Shown: positions 28,340 through 38,542, counted from the stretch's first letter. The stretch: DNA of 64,000 bases from Anaerovoracaceae bacterium (GCA_050946655.1 JBMNVE010000001.1:54364-118363), one strand, 5' to 3'. Numbers and translations: made by a program. Notes: generated by a model not told the origin, from the letters alone.

Positions 28340-28384
28340 ATTTTCACCTCTTAATGGAATAATGCTCCATTAAATGGTGAAAAT
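28340..28384. promoter_or_regulatory. 45-bp nested palindrome abutting the abiEi start codon (operator and/or RBS-sequestering hairpin)
   Basis: The sequence is ATTTTCACC-TC-TTAATGGA-ATAATGC-TCCATTAA-AT-GGTGAAAAT. The arm next to the ATG contains the RBS (AGAGGTGAAAAT-ATG on the minus strand). A TATAAT lies at 28394-28399 just upstream. Confidence 0.7.
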
Positions 28385-28578
28385 CAAGCGATTATTATAC
28401 GTAGATCAGTTTTGAGAGGACTGTATTGGTTTTCCGGGAGGTTCCGTTTCGTACTTCACCCTAATTTGAATATCGGGTAAAGTTTTTCCCATAATGATAG
28501 AAACTTCCCCGATATAGGTGGTTTAGTTATTTGTAGTTCTTTTTGTAAGCCTTTAGATTTTCTTTACCACCGCTACCC

Positions 28579-29946
28579 TTAAAACAAGAAGCGTGGCAGT
28601 GTCCTCTTCCTGTTTTTATAGGGATGATATCGCAGGTTGATGTCGAAAAGCAGAGACTTATGAAGAATGTTTTTCTTATGGGAAAAGGTGTCAAAGGATG
28701 CCTTGCCGTGATACTGTCCCATTCCGCTGTTTCCCACACCACCGAAGGGCATGGCAGAAGACGTGAGGTGCAAAAGCGTATCATTAACACAGCCGCCCCC
28801 AAAGGACACCTCGCCCATAACTCTTTTTTCTACAGACCGATTCTTGGTAAACAGGTACAGGGACAGGGGTTTTGGGCTCTTAGACAGCCTCTCTATGATC
28901 TCATCCAAGCTGTCCCAAGCCAACACAGGCAGTATGGGACCGAATATCTCCTCGGTCATGAGCGGCGTGTCAAGGTCCGGTTCATCCACCAGAGCCAACT
29001 TCATCTGCCTGCTTTCTTCCAAAATCTCACCGCCAAATATTACGTTCTGCCCCTTCAACAGATCCCGGATCCTTTGGAAATGGGAATCGTTTATGATGGA
29101 TGGGGCGGTCTTTTGAAAATATTCATCACCGGGAAACATCTCCCCGTAGGCTTTTACCATCTCCCGGATCAGGGCGTCTTTTACCGGTCTTTCTACCAAA
29201 AGATAGTCCGGTGCCACACAGGTCTGTCCGCTGTTCATGGTTTTTCCAAAGAGGATCCTCTTTGCGGTTTTTCCAAGATCGGCGGATCTCTCTACGATGC
29301 AGGGGGATTTCCCGCCCAGTTCAAGGGTCACCGGAGTCAAACGCTTGGCTGCCGCCTCCATGACTGTCTTTCCGACGTTGGGACTTCCGGTAAAGAAAAT
29401 GTAGTCGAATTCCATTTCCAGCAATGCCTGATTCTCTTGTCTTCCACCTTCAACCACTCTAATGTAGTCTTGATCAAAAAAATCTTCCAGCATCATCTTG
29501 ATGATGTAGGAGGTCCCTTCACTGTAGGCGGAAGGCTTGACAAAGACACAGTTGCCTGCGCAGATGGCTCCGATCAGGGGAACCAAGGTCAGCTGGAGAG
29601 GATAGTTCCAAGGGGACATGATCAACACCACCCCGTAGGGATCGTGATATATCCTTCCTCTGCCGGGGATCTGGGAAAGGGAGGGCCTTACGCCTTTAGG
29701 ACGCATCCAACTTTTCAAGTTTCTCTTGGCATGGGCAAGCTCTCCGTAAACGATCCCAAGTTCACTCATGAAGGCCTCATAAGGGGACTTGTTCAGATCC
29801 GATTTCAGTGCACGGAAAATCTCGGTTTCATACTTTTCCAAGGCGGACTGCAATTTATCCAGTTGCTCCATCCGGAATGGATAACCCAAGGTTTCCTTGC
29901 TACGAAAAAACAATTGGCTCTTCTTTAGACTCTCCTGCAAATCCAT
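28579..29946 (-). CDS. NAD(P)+-dependent aldehyde dehydrogenase (ALDH3-like family)
   Basis: Catalytic contexts ELGGKSP and NSGQTCVAPDY (Cys) are present. Start at ATG 29946 (MDLQESLKK) with an AGAGGAG RBS. The track start 29985 is a TTG without an RBS. Confidence 0.88.
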   Translation of the reverse strand: MDLQESLKKSQLFFRSKETLGYPFRMEQLDKLQSALEKYETEIFRALKSDLNKSPYEAFMSELGIVYGELAHAKRNLKSWMRPKGVRPSLSQIPGRGRIYHDPYGVVLIMSPWNYPLQLTLVPLIGAICAGNCVFVKPSAYSEGTSYIIKMMLEDFFDQDYIRVVEGGRQENQALLEMEFDYIFFTGSPNVGKTVMEAAAKRLTPVTLELGGKSPCIVERSADLGKTAKRILFGKTMNSGQTCVAPDYLLVERPVKDALIREMVKAYGEMFPGDEYFQKTAPSIINDSHFQRIRDLLKGQNVIFGGEILEESRQMKLALVDEPDLDTPLMTEEIFGPILPVLAWDSLDEIIERLSKSPKPLSLYLFTKNRSVEKRVMGEVSFGGGCVNDTLLHLTSSAMPFGGVGNSGMGQYHGKASFDTFSHKKNILHKSLLFDINLRYHPYKNRKRTLPRFLF

Positions 29947-29987
29947 GTCAAACTCCTCTTCCGTTGACCTTTCAAAATCTATCAACC

Positions 29988-31610
29988 CTATTCCGTTTCT
30001 TTATCCTTTTCTTTATCCTTCTTTGGCTTCTCAGGGGGTAGTTCGAACTTGGACTTCCACGTCCCACACCCATAATAATAGTTGTTCCAAACAGGTGTTA
30101 CTTCCCCTTCCAGTGTTTTTGCCTTGATTCCTCCGTATGTTTTATATAAAACGCAGTAATAGGGCAACTCGTCGGTCAAGATAGGTTTCAGTTCCGTGTA
30201 AAGCCTCTTCAATTCTTGGGTGGAGGCTCCGGAGTGCATTTCGTACAGCATATCGTACACCTTGTTATTGGCATAGCCTGTATAATTATCCCCCTCATTG
30301 GTCAGGAGAATACGCATATCCATTTGCTCGTCAAACTCATATCCACCCAGAAAAACATCGAAATCCCCGGAAGTCAAAGCCGCCTTGTACTCTTCCCTCT
30401 TCACCGATTGAAGGGTGACCTGAATCCCCAGTTTCCCCAGATCCTCTGCGATGATTTGAGCAGACTCATTGCGCGGACCGTCATCGGAGTTGACCAATAA
30501 CCTAAGGGTGAAAGGGTTTCCGTTCTTATCTTTCAACACTCCATCCTTCCCCATCTTGTATCCTGATTTTTCCAGATAGTCTGCCGCCTTATCCAGGCTG
30601 AAGGGGTAAGTTTCTTTACTGGTATCCACGCCGAGATACCCGGGGAAGAAGATACTGTCGTTGACCATACCGCTATTGAAATAGCACTCTTCAATGATCC
30701 GCTTATTATCAACGGCACATGCGATTGCCTTTCTCACATTTTTATCTTCTTTGGGGATGGTTTTAAAGTTGTACCCTATAAATTCCACTTGGTTAGAGGG
30801 AAAATCTACGATTTTGATCCCCTTCTTGGTGATGGTGGTCTTTCGCTCCGCATCTCTGGATACCATCAAGGCAATGCTCCCCGCTTCCAAAAGACTGTAA
30901 GTAGTTTCCCGCTGTGGAATGATTTCAAAGGTGATCGTGTTTTTTGCCTTGGTTCCGAAGTAATTTTCGTTGGGAACTAGGGATAGTTTATCGGTTTTGC
31001 TGTAACTTTTACAGGCATACTGCCCTGTACCCACGGGTACAAAGTCCACGTCCGGCTCCAGTACCTTTCCCTCTTTTTCAAAGACATGTTCCGGGACGAT
31101 GGGAAAAGTGAGAATGTTCATGGACATTCTGGTCTTGCTGTCAAAATGTATGATGATGCGCTGGTCCCCTTCAACCTCTACATCGTCGATGCGATCGATA
31201 AGGGTGGAATACTGGGAGTTGGATCCCATTCGCTGATATGCCTTAACGGTAAATGCCACATCCCGGCCTGTAAACGGCTTTCCGTCATGCCAGCTGGTAT
31301 TCACAAGATCGATGGTCACGGTCCCATTCTTTTGATCCACCACATAGTCCTTTGCCAGGGATTTTTGCGGCGTCATTGTTCCGTCCAATACGAAGAGGCT
31401 GTCATAGATCAACTTGGAAATAAAATAGGTATCCTCATCATTGCTGGCGATGGGATTTAACGTCGTCACGTTTCCCATGGGAAGGGTGACGGCTTCTTCC
31501 GTTCTATATTGGGTTTTGTCGGTGCCTCCCGTCAGGGTTACCCCCTCACAGCCGCCAAGGGCTGCCATGAGCACCACGATAACCAGTAAAGATATCAGCT
31601 TTTTTCCCAT
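29988..31610 (-). CDS. ABC transporter substrate-binding lipoprotein, family 5 (peptide/nickel type), orphan
   Basis: 540 aa. Lipobox MAALGGC. SBP_bac_5-like body. Lys/Glu-rich C-terminal tail. No permease or ATPase genes are adjacent. Confidence 0.8.
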   Translation of the reverse strand: MGKKLISLLVIVVLMAALGGCEGVTLTGGTDKTQYRTEEAVTLPMGNVTTLNPIASNDEDTYFISKLIYDSLFVLDGTMTPQKSLAKDYVVDQKNGTVTIDLVNTSWHDGKPFTGRDVAFTVKAYQRMGSNSQYSTLIDRIDDVEVEGDQRIIIHFDSKTRMSMNILTFPIVPEHVFEKEGKVLEPDVDFVPVGTGQYACKSYSKTDKLSLVPNENYFGTKAKNTITFEIIPQRETTYSLLEAGSIALMVSRDAERKTTITKKGIKIVDFPSNQVEFIGYNFKTIPKEDKNVRKAIACAVDNKRIIEECYFNSGMVNDSIFFPGYLGVDTSKETYPFSLDKAADYLEKSGYKMGKDGVLKDKNGNPFTLRLLVNSDDGPRNESAQIIAEDLGKLGIQVTLQSVKREEYKAALTSGDFDVFLGGYEFDEQMDMRILLTNEGDNYTGYANNKVYDMLYEMHSGASTQELKRLYTELKPILTDELPYYCVLYKTYGGIKAKTLEGEVTPVWNNYYYGCGTWKSKFELPPEKPKKDKEKDKETE

Positions 31611-32182
31611 TGGTTCAACAGCTTATCGATTTTTTGATAAAGCTCCTCCTTTGTTCCGTTATTTTCAATGATGACATGGGCCATTTGCCGTTTTTCCTCT
31701 TCCGCCATCTGGCTGGTTATTCTGGATCGCACATGGTCCGGGGCCACTCGGTCTCGACTTACCACGCGGTGCACCCGAAGGTCTTCACTGGAAACCACAA
31801 GCCAAACCTGATCCACCCTCTCATCCAAGCCCGTTTCATACAGAAGAGCCGCATCTAAAAATATGGTTGGCTCTCTGTTTTCCTTCAATGCCTCACATAT
31901 TCTGCGGCATATTTCTCCGTGGGTGATACCATCCAGCCTGTTCTTGCTCTCTTCATCCCTGAATGCCCTTTCCCCCAACAGTTTTCTATCCAAGGCCCCG
32001 TCGCTTCCGATGATGTCCGCTCCGAATTCTGCTGCAAGGGCGTCTAAAACGGGACTGCCGGGAAGGGTGATCTCCCTGGCGATCTTATCGGCATCGATGA
32101 CCGGATACCCCTTTTCCAGTAGATAGTCCGATACGGTAGTCTTTCCGCTTCCGATGCCTCCTGTCAGTCCGATCTTCATCAC
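31595..32182 (-). CDS. coaE: Dephospho-CoA kinase
   Basis: MMKIGLTGGIGSGKTTV contains the P-loop. The polA-coaE synteny is classic. Confidence 0.93.
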   Translation of the reverse strand: MMKIGLTGGIGSGKTTVSDYLLEKGYPVIDADKIAREITLPGSPVLDALAAEFGADIIGSDGALDRKLLGERAFRDEESKNRLDGITHGEICRRICEALKENREPTIFLDAALLYETGLDERVDQVWLVVSSEDLRVHRVVSRDRVAPDHVRSRITSQMAEEEKRQMAHVIIENNGTKEELYQKIDKLLNQWEKS

Positions 32183-32187
32183 GCCAC

Positions 32188-34854
32188 CTACTTCAGTTCA
32201 AACCAATTGCTTCCCATGTTCACATCCACTGCCAACTTCACCTTAAGTTCCATGGCATCCTCCATGGACTCCACAAGGACCTTTTCCACGGCGTCAACCT
32301 CATCCAAGTGAGTTTCTACGATCAACTCATCGTGGACCTGTAGGATCAATCTGGATTTGTAAGGAGATAAGGCCTTTTGAATGTTCACCATGGCGATCTT
32401 TATGATATCGGCAGCGCTCCCCTGGATGGGGCTGTTCATGGCCAGTCGCTCTCCCAATTGTCTCACCATATAGTTGGATGCGGAAATCTCGCTGATGATC
32501 CTCTTTCTCCCAAGGATCGTCCGCACATAACCGTTGGCCTTGCAAAACGCCACTTGGCCATCCATGTACTCCTTCACCTTCTCATGCTTGGCAAAGTAAC
32601 TTTTGATGTATTCATCGGCTTCTTGCCGTGTGATGTTCAGGTTTGTACTTAGGCCGAAGGCACTCATGCCGTAGATCACGCCGAAATTCACCGCCTTGGC
32701 CCGGCTTCTTTCGTCGATGGTGATCTGATCATCAGGTACACCTAAAACTCTAGCCGCCGTCGCCCTGTGAATGTCTTCTCCCCCATTGAAGGCATCGATG
32801 AGTAAGGGGTCACCGCTGAGGTGGGCCAGTACCCGCAATTCAATTTGGGAATAGTCGGCACTGAGGAGGATGTACTCCCGGGAAGAAGGCACAAAGGCCT
32901 TTCTGATCTTTCTTCCCTCCTCCTGGCGAATGGGGATATTCTGCAGGTTGGGATCGGAACTGCTGATTCTTCCCGTGGCGGCAATGGTTTGATTGAAGTG
33001 GGCGTGGATCTTACCGTCCTTATGGATCAGAGGGATCAGTCCATCCACATAAGTGCCGCTAAGCTTGGTCAAGGTTCGATACTCCAATATCAAATCAACA
33101 ATGGGATGTTCGTCTCTAAGTCTTTCCAAAATCTCCGCACTGGTGGAATACCCGCGCTTAGTCTTTTTTCCTGCAGGAAGCCCCAATTTTTCAAATAGGA
33201 TGGGCCCCAGCTGGGTGGGGGATTTAATGTTGAAGGTCTCTCCTGCCAGATCGTGAATTTGTGCCGTCAGCTTTTCTACTCGTGCGGATATATCCTTACC
33301 GATATCCGTCAAAACCTGCTTATCCACAGCAAAGCCTGTGTATTCCATATAGGCCATCACCTGGATCAAAGGCAGTTCCACCCTGCGAAAAACATCCTCC
33401 AACTCTTCCCTTCGGATCTCTTCTCCTTGAGGGATAGCCAGCTGGGCTACCAGCGCACACCACTTCAAGCCGTAAGCGCTGTATTTCTCACCGGCATCAT
33501 CCAGCAAGCTCAATTGACCGCTTTCCCCGGCAAACTCTTTCTCATCTTGTATATTTGTACGGAAGTATTCCTGAGCCAAAGTCGTCAGCGCATAGTTGCT
33601 CCTGCCCGAATCGATGACATACTGGGCAATGGCCGTATCAAAGGCTGTTTCAAAATCACGGACCCCCAGGTTCATCAGCAGGTAATAATCCTTCTTTAGG
33701 TCATGGCCCATGAATTTAGGCTTTTTCTTGTTGAGTATCTTCACAAACTCTTCTTTTACTTCTTCTGTGGATAAGTCAACGTAAAAATATTTATTGCCAA
33801 TCAATATGGACGCCCCGATGGCCATAGGGATATCCTTATGATCATCATTCCCAAAGGTTTTCAAGACCGCATAGGTGTCTTCCTTCATCTGAGAAGACAG
33901 GGCTCTCAAATCCGCAGCCTTACGGATCATCACCGGCTCTGTGGGAAGTTCTTTAAATGTATTGGCTTCCTCCTGTTCTTTTTCTGAAAGCCCGGTGCCC
34001 ATCTTGCGAAGGAAGCTGTTGAACTCCAGCTTGGTATACATTTCCACCAACTTATCGTGGTCCGGCTTTTCCAGTATGTATTCGTCAAAGTCCACCTCCA
34101 TGGGGATGGCGGTGTTGATGGTGGCCAGCCGCTTGCTCATCAGCGCAAGAGTAGCATTTTCTTCTACGGTTTTTTTCAGTTTCCCCTTTAACTCTTCTGT
34201 GTGCTCCAGCAGGTTTTCCACTGTGCCGTATTCCATCACCAGCTTTTGGGCTGTCTTCTCTCCTACCCCGGGCAGGCCGGGAATATTATCCGACTGATCC
34301 CCCATAAGGCCTTTGTAGTCGATGAACAACTCCGGAGGAAAGCCGTATTTCTCTATCATCACTTCTCTGTCGTACAGTTCAAATTGTGAGATCCCTCGTT
34401 TTGTGATCATGACCTTGGTCACATCGGTAGCCAGTTGCAGCTCATCCTTATCCCCGGTGATGATCAGTGGCATTAGCCCTTCTTCTTCCGCCTTTACGGA
34501 AATGGTTCCAATGATGTCGTCCGCTTCAAAGCCCTCCATTTCCAATCTCTTGATGTTCATTGCATCTAGGACATCCTTGAGAAGAGGAAGCTGCATGGCA
34601 AGTTCAGGGGGCATTTTTTTCCTGCCCGCCTTATACTCGGCATATTCTTCATGCCGAAAGGTGGGTCCTTTCATATCGAAGGTCACCACAAGATAACCTG
34701 AGGGATGCTCCGCCTTCATCTTCTCCAGCATGCTTAGAAAACCGTATATTCCCTGTGTGTACAGCCCTTCCCGTGTCATCATGGGATTCTGTATGGCGTA
34801 ATATGCCCGATTGAGCAGGCTGTTACCGTCAATGATAATAATCCTTTTTTCCAT
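32188..34854 (-). CDS. polA: DNA polymerase I
   Basis: 888 aa. 5'-nuclease N-terminus (IIIDGNSLLNRAYYA), motif A (LLSADYSQIELRVLAH) and motif B (RSRAKAVNFGVIYG). Confidence 0.97.
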   Translation of the reverse strand: MEKRIIIIDGNSLLNRAYYAIQNPMMTREGLYTQGIYGFLSMLEKMKAEHPSGYLVVTFDMKGPTFRHEEYAEYKAGRKKMPPELAMQLPLLKDVLDAMNIKRLEMEGFEADDIIGTISVKAEEEGLMPLIITGDKDELQLATDVTKVMITKRGISQFELYDREVMIEKYGFPPELFIDYKGLMGDQSDNIPGLPGVGEKTAQKLVMEYGTVENLLEHTEELKGKLKKTVEENATLALMSKRLATINTAIPMEVDFDEYILEKPDHDKLVEMYTKLEFNSFLRKMGTGLSEKEQEEANTFKELPTEPVMIRKAADLRALSSQMKEDTYAVLKTFGNDDHKDIPMAIGASILIGNKYFYVDLSTEEVKEEFVKILNKKKPKFMGHDLKKDYYLLMNLGVRDFETAFDTAIAQYVIDSGRSNYALTTLAQEYFRTNIQDEKEFAGESGQLSLLDDAGEKYSAYGLKWCALVAQLAIPQGEEIRREELEDVFRRVELPLIQVMAYMEYTGFAVDKQVLTDIGKDISARVEKLTAQIHDLAGETFNIKSPTQLGPILFEKLGLPAGKKTKRGYSTSAEILERLRDEHPIVDLILEYRTLTKLSGTYVDGLIPLIHKDGKIHAHFNQTIAATGRISSSDPNLQNIPIRQEEGRKIRKAFVPSSREYILLSADYSQIELRVLAHLSGDPLLIDAFNGGEDIHRATAARVLGVPDDQITIDERSRAKAVNFGVIYGMSAFGLSTNLNITRQEADEYIKSYFAKHEKVKEYMDGQVAFCKANGYVRTILGRKRIISEISASNYMVRQLGERLAMNSPIQGSAADIIKIAMVNIQKALSPYKSRLILQVHDELIVETHLDEVDAVEKVLVESMEDAMELKVKLAVDVNMGSNWFELK

Positions 34855-34981
34855 CTTTCACCTCGCCGGTTCATTTTATCAGAAAGCAGGGCATAACTCA
34901 ATTAAAACTGACGAGAAGCGGTATGCCCCTCGCCAGCGATCCTCTTTGCTCTTCTATATCCAGTCCGGGATCTTCCCGGGA

Positions 34982-35680
34982 CTAATCGTAGGTCACATCG
35001 AAATCATCATAATCATCATAGAGGTCATCAAAGTTCTCCTGGGAATCATCCCCATCCCTGTACCAATCGTCCACCTCGTGCCATTCTTCCACTTTATAGT
35101 TTTCAGGAATCGTGAATTTGGATTCGTCGGCTTTCTTCTTGAAGGCATTGATCTTCATCTTTTCCGGCTCATCCTCATCATCTTCGGACTCGGCTATGAT
35201 GTACCGCAGTTTATCCTCTTTATCGTACATGAACTTGATGATTACATCATCTTCACGAAATTCCTCAAACTCGTATTCTACTCCGTCCACCTTGGCCTTT
35301 CCTCTGGTGATTTTCTGTCCCTTCAACAACCGGTTCATGGAGGAGAGGTGGTCGATGTCTACGGTATCATCGAACATCTCTTCATTGATCTTGTAGCCGA
35401 TCCTCGACTCCGGCTGGAGGATGAAGTATCCGTCCTTATTTTTGATCAACTCCACCACGGAACCGTTGATAATGGTTTCTATGTAGAAATATTCCCCTTT
35501 GATATGGATTTTTAAACGCAAATCTTCCCCTTCCGAGGTGGTTTCCAGATCAAGGTAATAGCCGTTCTTCTCCGACTCCTGATCAAAGAGCTCGGCTGTT
35601 CTGTTTTTTCCTTCTCCGCAAGAGGCAAAGGCCAGAACCGCCACAAGTGAAAAGATAAGCCATACTATGATTTTACGCAT
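34982..35680 (-). CDS. Hypothetical lipoprotein with a strongly acidic C-terminus
   Basis: 232 aa. Signal peptide plus lipobox (LAFASC). I recognise no family. Confidence 0.6.
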   Translation of the reverse strand: MRKIIVWLIFSLVAVLAFASCGEGKNRTAELFDQESEKNGYYLDLETTSEGEDLRLKIHIKGEYFYIETIINGSVVELIKNKDGYFILQPESRIGYKINEEMFDDTVDIDHLSSMNRLLKGQKITRGKAKVDGVEYEFEEFREDDVIIKFMYDKEDKLRYIIAESEDDEDEPEKMKINAFKKKADESKFTIPENYKVEEWHEVDDWYRDGDDSQENFDDLYDDYDDFDVTYD

Positions 35681-35727
35681 ATGCTTCCTCCTTTTTAGTC
35701 AACTGGGTTTGTTTCGTATCTCGGTCT

Positions 35728-36279
35728 TCATTTATGTTTTTTTATCACTTCAAAGGCATGGTTTGCAATATCCTTCCGCATTTGATCTTTGTCCGGAGCA
35801 TCCATTCCCAACATTATGCTCAAATAATAATCTCCCTCAATGGCGGTCAACCCAAATGAGTCTAAATAGGCTTCCTCTCCCACCCCTTCAATGATGTCTT
35901 CAGGTTCTATCCCATTAAATTCCTTTTCATTATCATACAGTTCTCTGGCATTTTTATAGTTGGGATTGGAAAGAAATGCAGTGTGATGAAGAGATATCTG
36001 AACGTAACCCACACTTCCCAAATCAAAGAAGGCTATTTTTTGCCCTACTACCGGATTGTCGGATTTTTTTATTTTTACTACCTCCGCTCCGGTGACTTCT
36101 TCAATATATTCCTTGGTCAAAACTTCATCAGGCTCTAATGCTTTCCCTGATTTCTTTTCCGCTTTCTCCTCTGTCTTCTTGCCATCTGACTGATCTCCTT
36201 CGTCATTGCCCTCTGAGCCGCAAGCGGCTGTTCCAAGGGCAAGCATCAAAGCCAATAACACGATCCATACTTTTTTCAT
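35728..36279 (-). CDS. Hypothetical lipoprotein
   Basis: Start at ATG 36279 (MKKVWIVLLALMLALGTAAC lipobox) with a GAGGAGG RBS. I recognise no family. Confidence 0.6.
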   Translation of the reverse strand: MKKVWIVLLALMLALGTAACGSEGNDEGDQSDGKKTEEKAEKKSGKALEPDEVLTKEYIEEVTGAEVVKIKKSDNPVVGQKIAFFDLGSVGYVQISLHHTAFLSNPNYKNARELYDNEKEFNGIEPEDIIEGVGEEAYLDSFGLTAIEGDYYLSIMLGMDAPDKDQMRKDIANHAFEVIKKHK

Positions 36280-36419
36280 GGTAACTCTCCTCCTCTTTTT
36301 GTGATCTTTTTGGATCAGCAATATCCCATTTCTTATCAGCTTGAATTTTCAGACTATTATATGTTATTCTAATCCCTCTCCTATGGCTTGTCAACTTGGG
36401 CCCTCCCTTTTTGCTAAAC

Positions 36420-36448
36420 TTGTCTCCGCCTTTGCTCCATGATATAAT
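36420..36448 (+). promoter_or_regulatory. Candidate sigma-A promoter for the histidinol-phosphatase gene
   Basis: TTGTCT-17 nt-TATAAT with an extended TG (TGATATAAT), 27 nt upstream of ATG 36475. Confidence 0.55.
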
Positions 36449-36474
36449 TGCGTTTCTAAAGAAAGGACAAAGCA

Positions 36475-37269
36475 ATGTACGACTATCATTCACACACTTA
36501 TTATTCCGACGATGCAGACACCCCAATGGAGGATATGATCCGGGCCGCCATTGCAAAGGGCATTGTAGAACTGGCCATTACAGACCACTACGATCCGGAC
36601 TACCCTGACAATCAAATTCCCTTTGATATCGATTTTGACGCCTACACCGCAGAGTTACTGGCATGCCAGGAGAAGTATAAGGACCAAATCAAGATCGTAA
36701 AGGGCATCGAAATCGGCATCCAAAAAGGGAGCACCTTGGACAAGTGCAGAAAAGCCACCAATGGCTTTCCCTATGATTTTATCATCGGATCCTTCCACTG
36801 TTTTCAGGGACTGGATCTGTATACCACCGACTACACCAAGCTGGAAGAAAAGCGGGTTCTCCCCGATTTTTATGAGGAGATGTATCACTGCCTCAGCAGA
36901 TATACGGATTACGATGTGATTGGTCACTTTAACGTCATTGACCGCTATCTTCCCTTTGCCATCGATTATCGCACATCCATGGATATCATCGAGGCCATCC
37001 TAAAGATGATTATTTCTCAGGGAAAAGGTCTTGAAATCAACACCTCCAGCTACCGGTACAAGATGGGAGACAGGACCACTCCTTCGGCGGATATTCTCTC
37101 TCTGTACAAGGATCTGGGAGGTGAAATTCTCACCCTGGGCTCCGATGCCCATAAAGAAAGGGATATGGGAAGAGATCTGGACAGGGCTCGTGCTCTGGCC
37201 ATGGATCACGGCTTTAAGTATTTCACCACCTACGAAAAAAGAGTCGCAACTATGCGACCCTTTGTATAA
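36475..37269 (+). CDS. Histidinol-phosphatase, HisJ family (PHP domain)
   Basis: MYDYHSHTYYSDDA..LAITDHYD are PHP metal motifs. 264 aa. It is convergent with hisD. Confidence 0.85.
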   Translation: MYDYHSHTYYSDDADTPMEDMIRAAIAKGIVELAITDHYDPDYPDNQIPFDIDFDAYTAELLACQEKYKDQIKIVKGIEIGIQKGSTLDKCRKATNGFPYDFIIGSFHCFQGLDLYTTDYTKLEEKRVLPDFYEEMYHCLSRYTDYDVIGHFNVIDRYLPFAIDYRTSMDIIEAILKMIISQGKGLEINTSSYRYKMGDRTTPSADILSLYKDLGGEILTLGSDAHKERDMGRDLDRARALAMDHGFKYFTTYEKRVATMRPFV

Positions 37270-37279
37270 GATGTAAATC

Positions 37280-38542
37280 TCACTTTTTCATTCTGATCTC
37301 GGCGGCTTTGCTGTGGCCTTCCAGCCCCTCACCACGGGCCAGGCCCGCGACCAAAGGCGCCAGTTTTTTCATGGCATCCTCTGTAAACCTCTGATAGGTA
37401 CAGGTCTTGAGGAATGTTCCCACCCAAACGCCGCCTGTGTAGCCTGCAGCTCCCAAGGTAGGCAGGGTGTGGTTGGTCCCGGAAGCATAATCCCCAAAAA
37501 CTTCGGCAGTGTTTTGGCCGATAAACAGGGAGCCGTAATTCCGAAGAGAGGACAGGATACTCTCATCTTCCACATTGATTTCTAAATGCTCGGGAGCATA
37601 TTCATTGGTATATTCTGCCGCCTCACTGAGACTGTCTACCACCAATACTTCTCCGTAATCCTGCCAGGATTGCCTGGCGATACCTGCAGTTGAGAGGCTT
37701 TCCAGCTGCTTTTCCACTTCTTCTATTACCACATGCCCCAGTTCTTCGGAGGTGGTGACCAATATTCCTTTGGCCAGAAAATCATGTTCCGATTGGGCCA
37801 GAATGTCCGCAGCGATCCAGTCGGGACGCGCCGCCCCATCGGCGATGATCAGCACTTCGCTTGGCCCTGCCACGAAGTCGATACCCACCTTTCCGTAACA
37901 CTGCCTCTTGGCTTCTGTTACATAGGCATTTCCCGGTCCAACAATCAGCTTGACCGGGGAGATTTCCTCCGTTCCATAGGCAAAGGCCGCAACGGCATGG
38001 GCACCGCCTACACCATACACTTCATCTATCCCCGCCACATCCATGGCGACCAAGGTCTTGGGATGGATCTTATCCGTTCCCTTGACCACGGGAGAGCAAG
38101 CCGCCACCCTGGACACGCCGGCAACCTTAGCCGGTATCCCCAGCATCAAAGCCGTGCTATACAGAGGATAACCGCCTCCGGGCACGTAGCAGAGGCAGGA
38201 ATCCACCGGGATCACCCGGTGTCCCAGTTCCACCCCCTCCATGGGAGAAAACCCATCCAGATCCTTCACCGTACCTCGCTGAGCCTCGGCGAAGGCACGA
38301 ATATTATCCGCAGCCTTGCGAATATCTTCAATGCTCTCATCATCCACCTGATCATAGGCTTCTCGAATTTCTTCCGGCGAAATCCGAAGGGACTTCCTCC
38401 GGCAGCCGTCAAATCGCTCATTGTATTCTAAAAGGGCACGATCGCCTTCTGTTATCACCTTTTGGATAATGGTCGAGACCGCCTGCTGTAGCTCCCGCCG
38501 GTCCTCCATGGTCCTTTCCTTTGCCTGCTTCAAAACCTTCAT
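37280..38542 (-). CDS. hisD: Histidinol dehydrogenase
   Basis: 420 aa. Typical strings are GGAHAVAAFAYGTE, QSEHD and GDYASGTNHTLPT. Confidence 0.95.
   Translation of the reverse strand: MKVLKQAKERTMEDRRELQQAVSTIIQKVITEGDRALLEYNERFDGCRRKSLRISPEEIREAYDQVDDESIEDIRKAADNIRAFAEAQRGTVKDLDGFSPMEGVELGHRVIPVDSCLCYVPGGGYPLYSTALMLGIPAKVAGVSRVAACSPVVKGTDKIHPKTLVAMDVAGIDEVYGVGGAHAVAAFAYGTEEISPVKLIVGPGNAYVTEAKRQCYGKVGIDFVAGPSEVLIIADGAARPDWIAADILAQSEHDFLAKGILVTTSEELGHVVIEEVEKQLESLSTAGIARQSWQDYGEVLVVDSLSEAAEYTNEYAPEHLEINVEDESILSSLRNYGSLFIGQNTAEVFGDYASGTNHTLPTLGAAGYTGGVWVGTFLKTCTYQRFTEDAMKKLAPLVAGLARGEGLEGHSKAAEIRMKK

Noticed and set aside
28624-29928. 434-aa plus-strand ORF
   Set aside because: It is antisense to the aldehyde dehydrogenase, which has the catalytic Cys/Glu contexts. 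I recognise no motifs in the antisense product.
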